A DNA stretch of 64,000 nucleotides from an uncultured delta proteobacterium (lineage in GTDB: Bacteria > Desulfobacterota > RBG-13-43-22), in assembly GCA_963743305.1 (NCBI GenBank), contig CAVUPH010000025.1:1-64000 (forward strand), given 5' to 3'. Below are positions 8,759 to 19,167 of this stretch, one piece after another. Position numbers and translations under genes: made by a program. How positions within the stretch are numbered: the stretch's first letter is position 1; each line of letters starts with the position of its first letter. The notes beneath the pieces were generated by a model. That model had not been told where the DNA came from and did not search any database. It was given only the letters and a program-made list of their open reading frames with translations.

Positions 8759-9904
8759 ATGGATGATAATTTTTACACCGAAGAACATCAAATCTTTAGA
8801 GACTCCTTCCGGAAGTTTGTGGCTCGGGAGATCACGCCCCACATTGCCGAATGGGAGGAGCAGCACGCCGTACCGCGGAGCATCTGGCGCCGGATGGGGA
8901 CCGAGGGTTTCTTGTGCCCCTGGCTGCCCGAAGAATACGGAGGGCTGGGCTTGGGATTCGAATATTCGGTCATCATCAATGAGGAACTGCTGCGGGGAAA
9001 CGCCTTCGGGGTGGAAGTGCCGCTCCACAGTGACGTGGCCACCCCCTATATCTATTCCTTTGCCCGTCCCGAGATCAAGGAGCGCTGGCTGCCCGGGTGT
9101 ACCACGGGCGAAATCCTGACCGCCATCGGACTGACCGAACCCAACGCCGGCTCCGACCTGGCCGCCATCCGTACCCGGGCCGTAAAAGACGGCGATTCCT
9201 ATGTCATCAACGGCCAAAAGACCTTTATCACCAACGGCTATTTCGCCGACCTGATCGTGGTGGCGGTCAAGACGGATCCCGAGGTCGGGCATCGGGGTAT
9301 CAGCCTGATCCTGGTGGATAAGGACGCGCCGGGATTTCATCGCGGCCGGAAGCTCTCCAAGATGGGCTACCATATGCAGGATACCGCCGAGCTTTTCTTT
9401 GAAGACTGCCGGGTGCCGGCCGCCAACCTGCTGGGTGAGGAGGGCCTGGGGTTCAAGTACATGATGGCCAAGCTCCAGCAGGAGCGGCTGGAGGTCTCCA
9501 TTAAATGCCAGGTTCTGGCCGAGGAGGCCTTGAAGGAGGCCCTCCAATACGCCAAGACGCGGGAGGCCTTCGGCAAACCGATCGGCCATTTTCAATACAA
9601 CGCTTTTCGGCTGGCGGATATGGCCACCGAGGTCCAACTGGGTCGCACCTTTCTGGACAGCCTGATCCGCGATCATATCCGCGGCCAAAATATTGTGCAG
9701 AAAGTCTCCATGGCCAAATACTGGCTCGGTGAAATGGTGAACCGCATCGCCTACCAGGCGGTCCAGATCCATGGAGGCTACGGCTATATGGAAGAATACC
9801 GCGTCTGCAAAATCTATCGGGATGTGCGCTGCCTGTCCATCTTTGCCGGGACCAGCGAAATCATGAAACTGATTATCAGCCGCGGCCTGGGACTGTCATC
9901 CTGA
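8759..9904 (+). CDS. Acyl-CoA dehydrogenase
   Basis: IGLTEPNAGSD, YVINGQKTFITNG, ELFFEDCRVP, REAFGKPI, QIHGGYGYMEEY, IFAGTSEI. Confidence 0.95.
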   Translation: MDDNFYTEEHQIFRDSFRKFVAREITPHIAEWEEQHAVPRSIWRRMGTEGFLCPWLPEEYGGLGLGFEYSVIINEELLRGNAFGVEVPLHSDVATPYIYSFARPEIKERWLPGCTTGEILTAIGLTEPNAGSDLAAIRTRAVKDGDSYVINGQKTFITNGYFADLIVVAVKTDPEVGHRGISLILVDKDAPGFHRGRKLSKMGYHMQDTAELFFEDCRVPAANLLGEEGLGFKYMMAKLQQERLEVSIKCQVLAEEALKEALQYAKTREAFGKPIGHFQYNAFRLADMATEVQLGRTFLDSLIRDHIRGQNIVQKVSMAKYWLGEMVNRIAYQAVQIHGGYGYMEEYRVCKIYRDVRCLSIFAGTSEIMKLIISRGLGLSS

Positions 9905-9921
9905 GCCAGGAAGCAATAGCC

Positions 9922-11478
9922 ATGGGTGTTGGCGATATATTAAGAAGAAGCGCCGTTAATTTTCCGGACAAGGAGGCCCTCATTTTCGAGGAGGAGCGAA
10001 TCACCTATAGCGCCTTGAACCGACGCGTGAATAGGATTGCCAACCGCCTCCTGGAGCTGGGGTTACAGGCGGGTGACCGGATAGCCGTGCTGCTGCATAA
10101 CGGCCCGGAGTTCATCGAGATCTATTTTGCCTGTGCTAAATCGGGGATCATCTTCGTCCCGGTGAACAACCTCTTGAAAGCCCGGGAACTGATCCAAATT
10201 TTTTCCTATGTCCGACCGCGAGCACTGGTGTTCGACGACGATTTCAGCGAACTGACTCGGACGATCCTTCCGGAATTGCCCTTCCTGGAATTTCCGATCG
10301 GTCTGGGGGGAAGCTTCGCCGCTTTTCCGTCATTCGGCGCCCTGGTGGACGCCGGGACGGAGCAGGAACCGGAGGTGACTATTGCCGACAGCGACCTCAT
10401 CAGCATCTTCCTGACCTCCGGGACCACCGGCCGGCCCAAGGGCGTCATGCGGACCCATCGCCATGACTGGATCAATATGATGAGCTGCGCCCTGGAACTG
10501 GGGGTCCGCTATGACGACCGCGCTTTATTGCTCTTTCCTTTTTACCATGTTACCTTCGTGGATAATCTGCGTCACCTGCTGATGGCCAATACCCTCGTCA
10601 TCCGGAGAGAAGGCAGTTTCGATCCCCCAGCCGTTCTGGACATCCTCGCCCGAGAGGGGATAACCATTTGCCAGTTCGTTCCCACCATGATCAATGCGTT
10701 GCTCCAGGTGGAAGACCTAGAGGCCTACGACCTGAGCCGCTTCCGATTGCTGCCCTACGCCGCTTCACCCATGCCGGTGGAATTGCTGAAGCAGGCCATG
10801 AAAAAGTTCCCTTGCCAATTCATTCAACTGTACGGCCAGACCGAAACCGGCCCGTCGACCACGGCCCTGCGGCCGGAAGACCATCGCCTGGAAGGCACCG
10901 AGGCCCAATTGGCCCGACTGGCCTCGGCCGGAAGGCCTTTAATGGATTATGAGGTCCGGATCGTTACCACGGAAGGCCGGGAGGCGGCTGTCGGGGAGAT
11001 GGGGGAAATTGTCGTCCGTAGCGAGGCCATGACCAGCGGTTACTGGGAACTGCCGGAGGAAACCGCCCGGACCATCCGGGACGGGTGGCTCTATACCGGA
11101 GATTTCGGTAGAGTTGACGAGGCCGGATACGTCTTCATTGTTGATCGAAAAAATGATATGATTATCAGTGGGGGCAAAAATATATACCCCCGGGAGATCG
11201 AAGAGGTGCTCTACACCCATGAAGCGGTTCTGGAAGCGGCGGTCGTCGGCATTCCCGATGACTACTGGGGGGAATCCGTCAAGGCCCTGGTCGTTCTAAA
11301 AGCGGATCGGCAGGCTACGGAAGAAGAGATCATTGCCCTGTGCAAACAGAATCTCGCCAGCTACAAAAAGCCCAAATCGGTTGAGTTCCGGTCTCAGCTT
11401 CCGAAAAGCCCTACGGGGAAACTACTCAAGCGTATCCTGCGGGAGGAATACTGGAAAGAAAAAGAAAGAAGGGTCTAG
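9922..11478 (+). CDS. Long-chain-fatty-acid--CoA ligase family protein
   Basis: TSGTTGRPKG, YGQTE, GWLYTGD, DRKNDMIISGG.NIYPREIE, PKSPTGK. Confidence 0.95.
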   Translation: MGVGDILRRSAVNFPDKEALIFEEERITYSALNRRVNRIANRLLELGLQAGDRIAVLLHNGPEFIEIYFACAKSGIIFVPVNNLLKARELIQIFSYVRPRALVFDDDFSELTRTILPELPFLEFPIGLGGSFAAFPSFGALVDAGTEQEPEVTIADSDLISIFLTSGTTGRPKGVMRTHRHDWINMMSCALELGVRYDDRALLLFPFYHVTFVDNLRHLLMANTLVIRREGSFDPPAVLDILAREGITICQFVPTMINALLQVEDLEAYDLSRFRLLPYAASPMPVELLKQAMKKFPCQFIQLYGQTETGPSTTALRPEDHRLEGTEAQLARLASAGRPLMDYEVRIVTTEGREAAVGEMGEIVVRSEAMTSGYWELPEETARTIRDGWLYTGDFGRVDEAGYVFIVDRKNDMIISGGKNIYPREIEEVLYTHEAVLEAAVVGIPDDYWGESVKALVVLKADRQATEEEIIALCKQNLASYKKPKSVEFRSQLPKSPTGKLLKRILREEYWKEKERRV

Positions 11479-11504
11479 CCAAAAATATCGGAGGGCATAC
11501 ACAC

Positions 11505-12002
11505 ATGAAACATCAAATCAACTTTAAGGTGAACGGGGACGCGGTTTCCCTGTTCGTGGATCCCTGGCGGACTTTAAATGACGTGCTGCGCGAGGACCTC
11601 AACCTGACCGGCACCAAACTGGGCTGCGGTACCGGGGACTGCGGGGCCTGTACGGTCCTGGTGGAGGGGCGGTCCGTCAATTCCTGCCTGACCCTGGCGG
11701 TAACGGTCGACGGCAAATCCGTCCAGACCGTGGAGGGACTGGCCCCTTCGGGCGAAACGCTCCATCCCATTCAGGAGGCCTTTATCCAAATTGGGGCCAT
11801 TCAATGCGGTTTTTGCACCGCCGGCATGGAAATGTCCGCTCTGAACTTGTTGAATCATAATCCCTCGCCGACGGAAAAGGAAATCCGGGCCGGTCTCTCC
11901 GGCCATCTCTGCCGTTGCACGGGATACAACCAAATCGTCGAGGCCATCGCCGTGGCTGCCGAAAAGATGCACGGGAACCCGGTGGAAGAGGTGAAAAAAT
12001 GA
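11505..12002 (+). CDS. Mo hydroxylase [2Fe-2S] small subunit (CoxS/HcrC-like)
   Basis: GCGTGDCGACTV...SCL, QCGFCT, CRCTGY. Confidence 0.95.
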   Translation: MKHQINFKVNGDAVSLFVDPWRTLNDVLREDLNLTGTKLGCGTGDCGACTVLVEGRSVNSCLTLAVTVDGKSVQTVEGLAPSGETLHPIQEAFIQIGAIQCGFCTAGMEMSALNLLNHNPSPTEKEIRAGLSGHLCRCTGYNQIVEAIAVAAEKMHGNPVEEVKK

Positions 12003-12874
12003 GACTACCCCATTTCGATTATGCCGCGCCGACCACGGTGGCCGAAGCCCTTCGGCTGCTGGCCGAAAAGGGACCCGACGCCCGGGTCCTGGCCGGCGGG
12101 ACCGACCTGATCATCCGCATGCGTCATGGACTGGTGAAGCCCTCGGCGCTTATCCATCTGGGCGGCATTGCCGAGTTGAAGAGCATAACCTATAAGCCCA
12201 AGACCGGGTTGTCCATCGGGGCTGCGGCCACGCTGGCCGAGGTGGCGGCCCATCCCGATATCCGGCGGCGCTATCCGGCCGTGGCCTACGCGGCCGGGGA
12301 AACGGCCAACGTGCAGGTCCGCAACTTGGGGACGGTGGGCGGCAATCTCTGCAACGCCGCGCCGTCCGCCGATAACGCCCCCACCCTGATGGCCCTGGGA
12401 GCCGAGATGGTCCTGGCCGGTTCGCGGGGGGAAAGGCGGGTCGCCCTCGATCAATTCTTCACGGGGCCGGGGCAGACGGTGCTCACGCCCGGGGAAATTC
12501 TGACCGCCATTCAAGTGCCGCCCCCGCCGCCCCATTCGGGCGCTGACTATCAGCATGTCTCCGCCCGCGGCCAGGTAGACATCTGCGCCGTCTCCGTGGG
12601 AGCGGCGGTGGTCTTCGAAGGCGAAACCTGCCGGGAGGTCCGCATCGTTCTGGGGGCCGTGGGTCCCACCCCCCTGCGGGCCTTACTGGCCGAAGACCTG
12701 GTTCGCGGCCAAGCCTGGACGCCGGACTTGATCGCTCAGGCCGGGGAAAAGGCCGCCGGAGAATCCCGGCCCATTACCGATATGCGGGCCAGCGCAGATT
12801 ATCGTCAGCAGATGGTGGGGGTGTTGACCCGCCGGGCTTTGCTGGAAGCCCAGAAACGGGCCGGCAAGCGTTAG
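11999..12874 (+). CDS. Mo hydroxylase FAD subunit (CoxM-like, no 4Fe-4S insert)
   Basis: ATGA overlap; LAGGTDL, QVRNLGTVGGNLCNAAPSAD, PITDMRASADYR. Confidence 0.93.
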   Translation: MRLPHFDYAAPTTVAEALRLLAEKGPDARVLAGGTDLIIRMRHGLVKPSALIHLGGIAELKSITYKPKTGLSIGAAATLAEVAAHPDIRRRYPAVAYAAGETANVQVRNLGTVGGNLCNAAPSADNAPTLMALGAEMVLAGSRGERRVALDQFFTGPGQTVLTPGEILTAIQVPPPPPHSGADYQHVSARGQVDICAVSVGAAVVFEGETCREVRIVLGAVGPTPLRALLAEDLVRGQAWTPDLIAQAGEKAAGESRPITDMRASADYRQQMVGVLTRRALLEAQKRAGKR

Positions 12875-12895
12875 GGCCGGCGGAAAGGAACAACC

Positions 12896-15166
12896 ATGGA
12901 ACAGTTTATGATTATCGGAAAAGAGGTTCCCCGCAATGACGCCGAGGCTAAGGCCCGGGGAACGGCCCTCTATACGGACGACCTGAAGCTGCCGGGCATG
13001 CTCCACGGACAAATTTTACGAAGCCCGCTGGCCCACGCCCGGATCAAACATATCGACGTCAGCAAAGCCGCGGCCCTACCCGGGATCAAGTGCGTTCTCA
13101 CCGCGGAAGACACCCCCAAGATCAAGTACGGGAACTGGCGTTTGTTCCCGGAGACCCAGGACGAATACCCCCTGGCCGTCGACAAGGTCCGCTTCATCGG
13201 AGACGAGGTGGCCGCCGTGGCCGCCGTGGATTTGGATACCGCCGAGGAAGCCCTGGGCCTGATCGAGGTGGAATATGAGGAACTACCGGCGGTCTTCGAC
13301 GTGGATACGGCCAGCCGGCCGGGGGCCCCGGTGCTGCACGACTACTGTCCCAGCAACGTGAGCGTCAACCGCAAGATCCAGTACGGTGACCTGGAAAAGG
13401 GCTTTGCCGAAGCGGACTATATCCGGGAAGACACCTTCACCGTCCATGCCCAGAGCCATGCCTACCTGGAGCCCTGCTCCGCCCTGGCTCAGACCGACCA
13501 GGACGGGCGAATCACCCTCTGGACCTCCACCCAGGTCCCCTACATCGTCCAATGCCTGCTGGCCTCCACCCTGGGCATGCGGGAAAACGATATTCGCGTG
13601 GTCAAGCCTTTTGTGGGCGGCGGCTTTGGCGGTAAGATGGAACTGCGGACCTGGGAGTTCTGCGCGGCCCTGATGGCTAAGAAAACCGGCCGCCCGGTAA
13701 AGTTCACCCTCACCCGGGAGGAAGAGTTCCTGGCCGGGCGGCGCCGCCATCCCATGAAGCTCCAGTCCCGGGTGGGCTTCAAAAAGGACGGCACCCTGAC
13801 GGCCAAGGACCTGAAAATCACCCTGGACGGCGGGGCCTACAACGCCATGGGGCCCACGGCCACCTTTCTCTGCGGCAACTTCGGGGCCATGCTCTACCGC
13901 TTCCCGAACTACCGTTTCCACGGGCAGCATGTCTACACCAACAAGCCGCCGGCCAGCGCCATGCGCGGTTTTGGCGCCCCCCAGTCACTCTACGTGACCG
14001 AGACCCAGATGAACCTGGCCGCCGAGGAACTGGGCATCGATCCGGTGGAGCTGCGCCTCAAGAACGCCCAGGTGAGCGGCGATCAGATTCCGGACGTGGC
14101 CACCATCTCCAGTTGCGGCTTTGTCGAATCCATCAAGGCGGTGGCCAAGATGAGCGGTTGGAAGGAGAAGCGTAAGGACCTCAAGCCGGGCCAGGGCATC
14201 GGCATCGGCTGCTACAGCTTCATTTCCGGCGGGGTCTTCAACTGGTTCAATACGCCTTATCCCTTTTCGGCCGCGGAGATCCGGGCCTTTGCCGACGGCA
14301 CGGTCCATCTGTTGACCATGACGGCCGATATCGGTCAGGGCTCGGATACGGTGCTCAAGCAGATCCTGGCCGAGGAGCTGGGACTGCGCATGGAGGACAT
14401 CCGCATCACCTCCGGGGACACGGCCATGACCCCCCAGGCCGACCTCGGTTCCTGGGGCAGCCGGGTGACCCTCATGGGCGGCAACGCGGTGATCGACGCC
14501 GCCAAGAAGGTCAAGGCCGAGCTTTTCGGAGCCGTATCGGCCCGCTTCAACATGAACGTCATCTATGAGCTGGAGTGCCGGGACGGCCGGGTCCAGGCCA
14601 AGGGGCGACCCGATAAAGGCGTCTCCTTCGGCGAGGCCGTGGCCATGGTCCAAAAGGCCCAGCGGGGCGAGCCCCTGGTAGCCCGGGGCTCTTATACGCC
14701 GCGGGACAAGGGCCTGGTGACTCCGGCCTTTGGTTTTGGGGCCCAGGTGGCCCAGACCGAGGTGGACCGGGAAACCGGGCTGGTGAAGGTCAAGCAGATG
14801 TGGACGGCCCACGACTGCGGCACGGTGATCAATCCCCGAGGCGTGGAAGGTCAGTTGGCCGGGTCCATCCAGATGGGGTTGGGTTACGCCCTCTGTGAGC
14901 AGTTCGTCATGGACGGCGGCAAAACCCTGAACACCAATTTTCTGGACTACAAGATGCCTAACGCCCTGGATATGCCGACCCGCAGCGAAGTGGTGCATAT
15001 AGAGACCTACGAACCCGAAGGACCCCGGGGGGCCAAGGAATGCGGGGAAGGATTGGCCTCGCCCACGGCCCCGGCCATCGCCGAGGCCGTTTTCCACGCC
15101 ACGGGCTACCGGTGCAAGGATTTGCCCATCACCCCGGAGAAGATCCTTAAGGGGATGAAGAAATAA
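12896..15166 (+). CDS. Mo hydroxylase molybdopterin subunit, 4-hydroxybenzoyl-CoA reductase alpha (HcrA)-like
   Basis: LRSPLAHARI, EYPLAVDKVRF, TQVPY, GGGFGGK, AMRGFGAPQ, IGQGS, GAKECGEG. Confidence 0.9.
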   Translation: MEQFMIIGKEVPRNDAEAKARGTALYTDDLKLPGMLHGQILRSPLAHARIKHIDVSKAAALPGIKCVLTAEDTPKIKYGNWRLFPETQDEYPLAVDKVRFIGDEVAAVAAVDLDTAEEALGLIEVEYEELPAVFDVDTASRPGAPVLHDYCPSNVSVNRKIQYGDLEKGFAEADYIREDTFTVHAQSHAYLEPCSALAQTDQDGRITLWTSTQVPYIVQCLLASTLGMRENDIRVVKPFVGGGFGGKMELRTWEFCAALMAKKTGRPVKFTLTREEEFLAGRRRHPMKLQSRVGFKKDGTLTAKDLKITLDGGAYNAMGPTATFLCGNFGAMLYRFPNYRFHGQHVYTNKPPASAMRGFGAPQSLYVTETQMNLAAEELGIDPVELRLKNAQVSGDQIPDVATISSCGFVESIKAVAKMSGWKEKRKDLKPGQGIGIGCYSFISGGVFNWFNTPYPFSAAEIRAFADGTVHLLTMTADIGQGSDTVLKQILAEELGLRMEDIRITSGDTAMTPQADLGSWGSRVTLMGGNAVIDAAKKVKAELFGAVSARFNMNVIYELECRDGRVQAKGRPDKGVSFGEAVAMVQKAQRGEPLVARGSYTPRDKGLVTPAFGFGAQVAQTEVDRETGLVKVKQMWTAHDCGTVINPRGVEGQLAGSIQMGLGYALCEQFVMDGGKTLNTNFLDYKMPNALDMPTRSEVVHIETYEPEGPRGAKECGEGLASPTAPAIAEAVFHATGYRCKDLPITPEKILKGMKK

Positions 15167-15209
15167 AGCCAAACCAATTCGAGAAGCTATTGTTACCTGT
15201 TTCGAAAAA

Positions 15210-15288
15210 GGAGTAATGGAGTGTTGGAGTGAAGGAGTATTGATCTGAAAAAAACATCAGTCCATGACTCGACTAGTCCGATTACTCC
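15210..15288. repeat. GGAGTRNT octamer palindromic mini-element
   Basis: Four tandem GGAGT-containing octamers closed by ATTACTCC. Confidence 0.6.
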
Positions 15289-15308
15289 AATCCGAAAGAG
15301 GAAAGATT

Positions 15309-16244
15309 ATGGAAAAACCTACAATAGCCGTCGTGGGGATCGGGGCCACCGGCGCCGTGCTGGCCGCGGCCCTGCTGAAAAATGATCCGGAAGTCCTGTT
15401 GGTCGATCCCCAGCCCGGTCTGAAGGAAAGCCTTCTCCGGGACGGTATTCGGATCACGGGGGTCCTCGACTATCAGGTCCCGGCAAAAAATATTTTCAGC
15501 CGGATCGGGGATTTAAAGGAATTTCGGCCCGCAGCGGTTTTCCTGGCCACCAAAACCTTTCATCTGCCGAAAGTCCTGGAAGAACTGGAAGAAGTCTTCA
15601 GTCCGGGGATGAAAATTATCAGCACCCACAACGGCCTGGGGACCGAGGACCTGATTGCCGAGCGCTTCGGGACGGGCGCGGCCTTCCGCATGTCCTTGAA
15701 CTACGGCGTTTCCCTCCAGGGCCCCGGGCGAGTGGAAGCGGCCTTTTTCAATCGTCCCAACCACCTGGGCGGACTGGTGCCCGAAAATCGGGAATTGGGA
15801 CTGCGCCTGGCCGGCCGATTGACCGCCGGCGGTTTGGACACCGAGTGCGTGGACGACATCAAACGATTCGTCTGGAAAAAAATGATTATGAAATGCACCA
15901 TGGCCTCGATCTGCGCCGTAACCGACAAGACCATTCAAGGGGCACTGCAGTTCCCGCCCACTCGGGAGATCGCCGACGCCTGTTTTCAGGAGGTGCTCGC
16001 CGTGGCCAAGGCCCAAGGCTACGATCTGGGAGCCGATTATCTCCAACAGGCCTTGGCCTATCTGGAAAAGGTGGGAGTCCACAAGGATTCCATGTGCCAG
16101 GACCTGGCCAATCGGACCCGCACCGAAATCGATTTTCTGGGCGGGAAGGTCGTGGAGTACGGAAAGGAAAAGGGCATCCCTACTCCCTGCTACACAGTCA
16201 TGGCCAATCTGGTCAAGGCCCTTGAGGATAATTATCTGAGGTGA
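15309..16244 (+). CDS. panE: 2-dehydropantoate 2-reductase (ketopantoate reductase) family
   Basis: VVGIGATG, ATK, HNGLG, VWKKM, SMCQDL...RTEIDFLGG.VV. Confidence 0.88.
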   Translation: MEKPTIAVVGIGATGAVLAAALLKNDPEVLLVDPQPGLKESLLRDGIRITGVLDYQVPAKNIFSRIGDLKEFRPAAVFLATKTFHLPKVLEELEEVFSPGMKIISTHNGLGTEDLIAERFGTGAAFRMSLNYGVSLQGPGRVEAAFFNRPNHLGGLVPENRELGLRLAGRLTAGGLDTECVDDIKRFVWKKMIMKCTMASICAVTDKTIQGALQFPPTREIADACFQEVLAVAKAQGYDLGADYLQQALAYLEKVGVHKDSMCQDLANRTRTEIDFLGGKVVEYGKEKGIPTPCYTVMANLVKALEDNYLR

Positions 16245-16259
16245 TAAACCCTTTTTAGT

Positions 16260-16399
16260 TGAACGTCGAACATCGAACTTCCAACATCGAACGTTTAATG
16301 GGAAAAGATGAAGAAACGGAAACAGGTGTTCCCTGTTCGGCAAAGCAAGTATGTTTTTCATTCGAGGTTGGGCGTTCGATGTTCAATGTTCGACGTTCA
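16260..16399. repeat. AACATCG heptamer inverted-repeat mini-element
   Basis: TGAACGTCGAACATCGAAC ... GTTCAATGTTCGACGTTCA (18/19 IR); related half copy at 55156-55183. Confidence 0.85.
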
Positions 16400-16459
16400 T
16401 TTGTAGACATCCTCTGAGTCACGAGGCTTTAGTATGAAACTAGAAAAAAGCGGTATAGT

Positions 16460-16921
16460 ATGAAGAAAAGTAGTTACCAAAGCGACTTGAGCGGGGACGA
16501 GAAGGTCCTCATGGCCATAGTGCGGGCCGCGGAACGATTTAAACGGGCACTTTCGGCCCTTTTCCGAAGTTACCAGCTCTCCTTCCCGCAGTACAACATC
16601 TTGCGCGTCTTGGATGCCTCCACCGACGGCCGGAGCCGGATTACGGAAGTGAGCCGGATCATGCTCGTCCCCGGGGCCAATATCACCGGTCTGGCCAAAC
16701 GTCTGGAAAAAAGCGGCTTCATTCAACGAAAATCAGACCCCAAGGATGAACGGGTCACCCTCCTGGAAATCACCCCCCCAGGGAAGAAATCGCTGGCCGA
16801 GATAGAAATGAAGCGCGACCAATTATTGGAAAAAATGCTGAAAGGTTTTTTGGCTAAAGAGAAGAAAGAGCTGCTGGACATGGTCAGGAGACTTCTTCGA
16901 AACACCCGCCAGTTGACCTGA
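16460..16921 (+). CDS. MarR-family transcriptional regulator
   Basis: LSFPQYNILRVL...ITGLAKRLEKSGFIQR..DP.DERV.LLEIT..G. Confidence 0.92.
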   Translation: MKKSSYQSDLSGDEKVLMAIVRAAERFKRALSALFRSYQLSFPQYNILRVLDASTDGRSRITEVSRIMLVPGANITGLAKRLEKSGFIQRKSDPKDERVTLLEITPPGKKSLAEIEMKRDQLLEKMLKGFLAKEKKELLDMVRRLLRNTRQLT

Positions 16922-17079
16922 CCGGGGAGGCAGAAGATCATTTTCCCTGTCCCCAATTCGATTTTCTGATATCCTTCCATAGCTCAGTTCTTTGATCGTC
17001 GGACCTTCGGGTTGAGTTTTTATTTCCGAATAATCGCAATAGATTGGTTTTCCTCTCCTCTCCTTAAGGGAGCCTAATC

Positions 17080-19155
17080 ATGGTCAAAGAAGCGAATCAG
17101 GTGTCCGTGACTCTTCAACAGCTTCCGGAAGAAAAAGCCATCCCGGAGGTCTCCATTCCTTTCGAAACCATCCTCGACACTATGTCGGAAATGATCGTTT
17201 ACCATGATGATGAATTGAAAGTCATCTGGGCCAACCGGGCCGCGGCGGAATTTGTCGGGTTGCAGCCGGAAGACATGGTTGAAAAGCAATTTTTCGATGT
17301 GGCCTGTAAAATGGAAGAACCCTGCTCGGGATGCCCGGTGGTGAAGGGGCCTTCCAGCGAATACCTCGAAATGATTGAAAACAGCCTGTTGATCGGGCGC
17401 CTTTACTTTACGAGATCGTACCCTCTTGCCGGGCGAGAAAGGAAATTCCCGGGACGCCTGATTGTGGCTCAGGATATCTCGGACTTGAGGAATAAATATA
17501 GTGTCACCGAAATCCTAAATCTGATCTCTGAAGTATTTCACTCCCCCAAGGGTCTTTTGGAAATCTGTGAGGAATTAATCCGCTGCATAGCCGGCAGGTT
17601 TGATTATCCGGCAGGGGTCATAACCCAATATGACGAGGAATCACAGGAAATCATAAACTTGGGTGAGTTCGGCTTTTCCGAAAGGCTCCTTCCTCCGGGC
17701 AAAAGCTATCCCCTGTCGAAAAGTTTCTCCGCAGAGGTCCTCAAGGGCGGCAGCTCGGTCAATTTGACCGGCCTCAGTAAAATAGCCAATTTTGACGGCT
17801 ATGCCCTAAAAGAGGTCGGCGCTGAAACCATCCTGGCCGTCCCGCTGGAGGTGGAAGGGAAAATCATGGGGACCGTTGTCCTGATCGATTTCAAGGAACG
17901 TCTGGAAAAAAACCTAATGATCGATGGACTTAAGGCCGTAGCCAATCGTCTGGGAGCCGAAATCCAACGCAAGCAGACGGAGGAAAAATTAAGGGAAGAA
18001 CGGAATTTTACCAATGCCATCCTGAACAACGCCGGCCCATTGATCCTGGTCCTGAACCAGGAAGGACGGGTGGAGCGTTTTAATAAGGCTTGTGAAAAAT
18101 TGACCGGCTATTCCTATGAAGAGGTGTCGGGGAAATTTATTTGGGACACGCTCACAGGTTCGAAAGACAGCCATCTGATCAAGGGGATGTTCCCGCTGTC
18201 TGATATAAGAACGCCGCCCCCCTCTTTTGAGAGTTACTGGATAACCCGGAATGGGGAAAGTCGCCTGATTTCCTGGTCGAACAGTATCATGGGTGAGCCC
18301 AAAGAGAACGGAATCCATATTGTCTCTATCGGAATGGATATTACCGACAAGCGGCGGGCGGAAGAGGATGCTGAACTACGCAAACGACAACTCCTGGAGG
18401 CGGACAAGATGGCCTCCCTGGGAGTCCTGACTTCCGGTGTGGCTCACGAGATCAATAACCCGAACAATTTTATCATGATGAATGCGCCCATCCTCCGTGA
18501 AGCCTGGACGGATATTTCTCCGATCCTGGATAAGTATTATAATGAATGCGCCGAGTTCACGGTAGCCAATATGCCTTATTCCGAAATGCGGCAAGAGGTC
18601 CCACGGCTTTTTGAGGGAATAGAAGCCGGGGCCGAACGCATTCGCAGGATCATTTTGAATATGAAGCAGTATGCCCGGCGAGACGACCAGGACAAGCCCC
18701 AAAAGGTTGATCTGAACGATATCATCACGGCCGCCGCCGGCCTCCTGTCCCATGAAATCAAAAAATCAACCCGCTTGTTCGCCATCGAGAGACGGGAAAA
18801 CCTTCCTCCGGTGAAAGGTAATCCCCAGCGGTTGGAGCAGGTCCTCGTCAATCTGATTCAGAACGCCTGTCAAGCCCTTCCGGACCGGGGCAAGGGAATT
18901 GTCATCCAAACCTGCTATAAAGAAGAAAAAAGAGAAGTCATGCTCTGCGTCGCCGATGAGGGCCTGGGCATCCATCCGGACCACCTGAAACACATCTTCG
19001 ACCCCTTTTTTACCACGAAAGGGGCTCGCGGAGGGACAGGTCTTGGTTTATCCGTCTGCCTGGGCATCGTCAAGGAACATCAGGGACGCCTGGAATTCTA
19101 CTCGGATTGGGGGATAGGAACGAAAGCCTATCTTTCATTGCCGGCGGCGGACTAG
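17080..19155 (+). CDS. Cytoplasmic PAS-GAF-PAS sensor histidine kinase (NtrB-like)
   Basis: KMASLG.LTSGVAHEINNP, EQVLVNLIQNA, DEGLGI, FDPFFTTK, GTGLGL; no TM segment; Cys-containing first PAS. Confidence 0.93.
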   Translation: MVKEANQVSVTLQQLPEEKAIPEVSIPFETILDTMSEMIVYHDDELKVIWANRAAAEFVGLQPEDMVEKQFFDVACKMEEPCSGCPVVKGPSSEYLEMIENSLLIGRLYFTRSYPLAGRERKFPGRLIVAQDISDLRNKYSVTEILNLISEVFHSPKGLLEICEELIRCIAGRFDYPAGVITQYDEESQEIINLGEFGFSERLLPPGKSYPLSKSFSAEVLKGGSSVNLTGLSKIANFDGYALKEVGAETILAVPLEVEGKIMGTVVLIDFKERLEKNLMIDGLKAVANRLGAEIQRKQTEEKLREERNFTNAILNNAGPLILVLNQEGRVERFNKACEKLTGYSYEEVSGKFIWDTLTGSKDSHLIKGMFPLSDIRTPPPSFESYWITRNGESRLISWSNSIMGEPKENGIHIVSIGMDITDKRRAEEDAELRKRQLLEADKMASLGVLTSGVAHEINNPNNFIMMNAPILREAWTDISPILDKYYNECAEFTVANMPYSEMRQEVPRLFEGIEAGAERIRRIILNMKQYARRDDQDKPQKVDLNDIITAAAGLLSHEIKKSTRLFAIERRENLPPVKGNPQRLEQVLVNLIQNACQALPDRGKGIVIQTCYKEEKREVMLCVADEGLGIHPDHLKHIFDPFFTTKGARGGTGLGLSVCLGIVKEHQGRLEFYSDWGIGTKAYLSLPAAD

Positions 19156-19167
19156 AGGGCTGTTCGG

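Noticed and set aside
16260-16399. Short tandem heptamers and other repeats as a possible CRISPR array
   Set aside because: No 23-47-nt repeats with unique spacers and no cas genes; these are inverted-repeat mini-elements.
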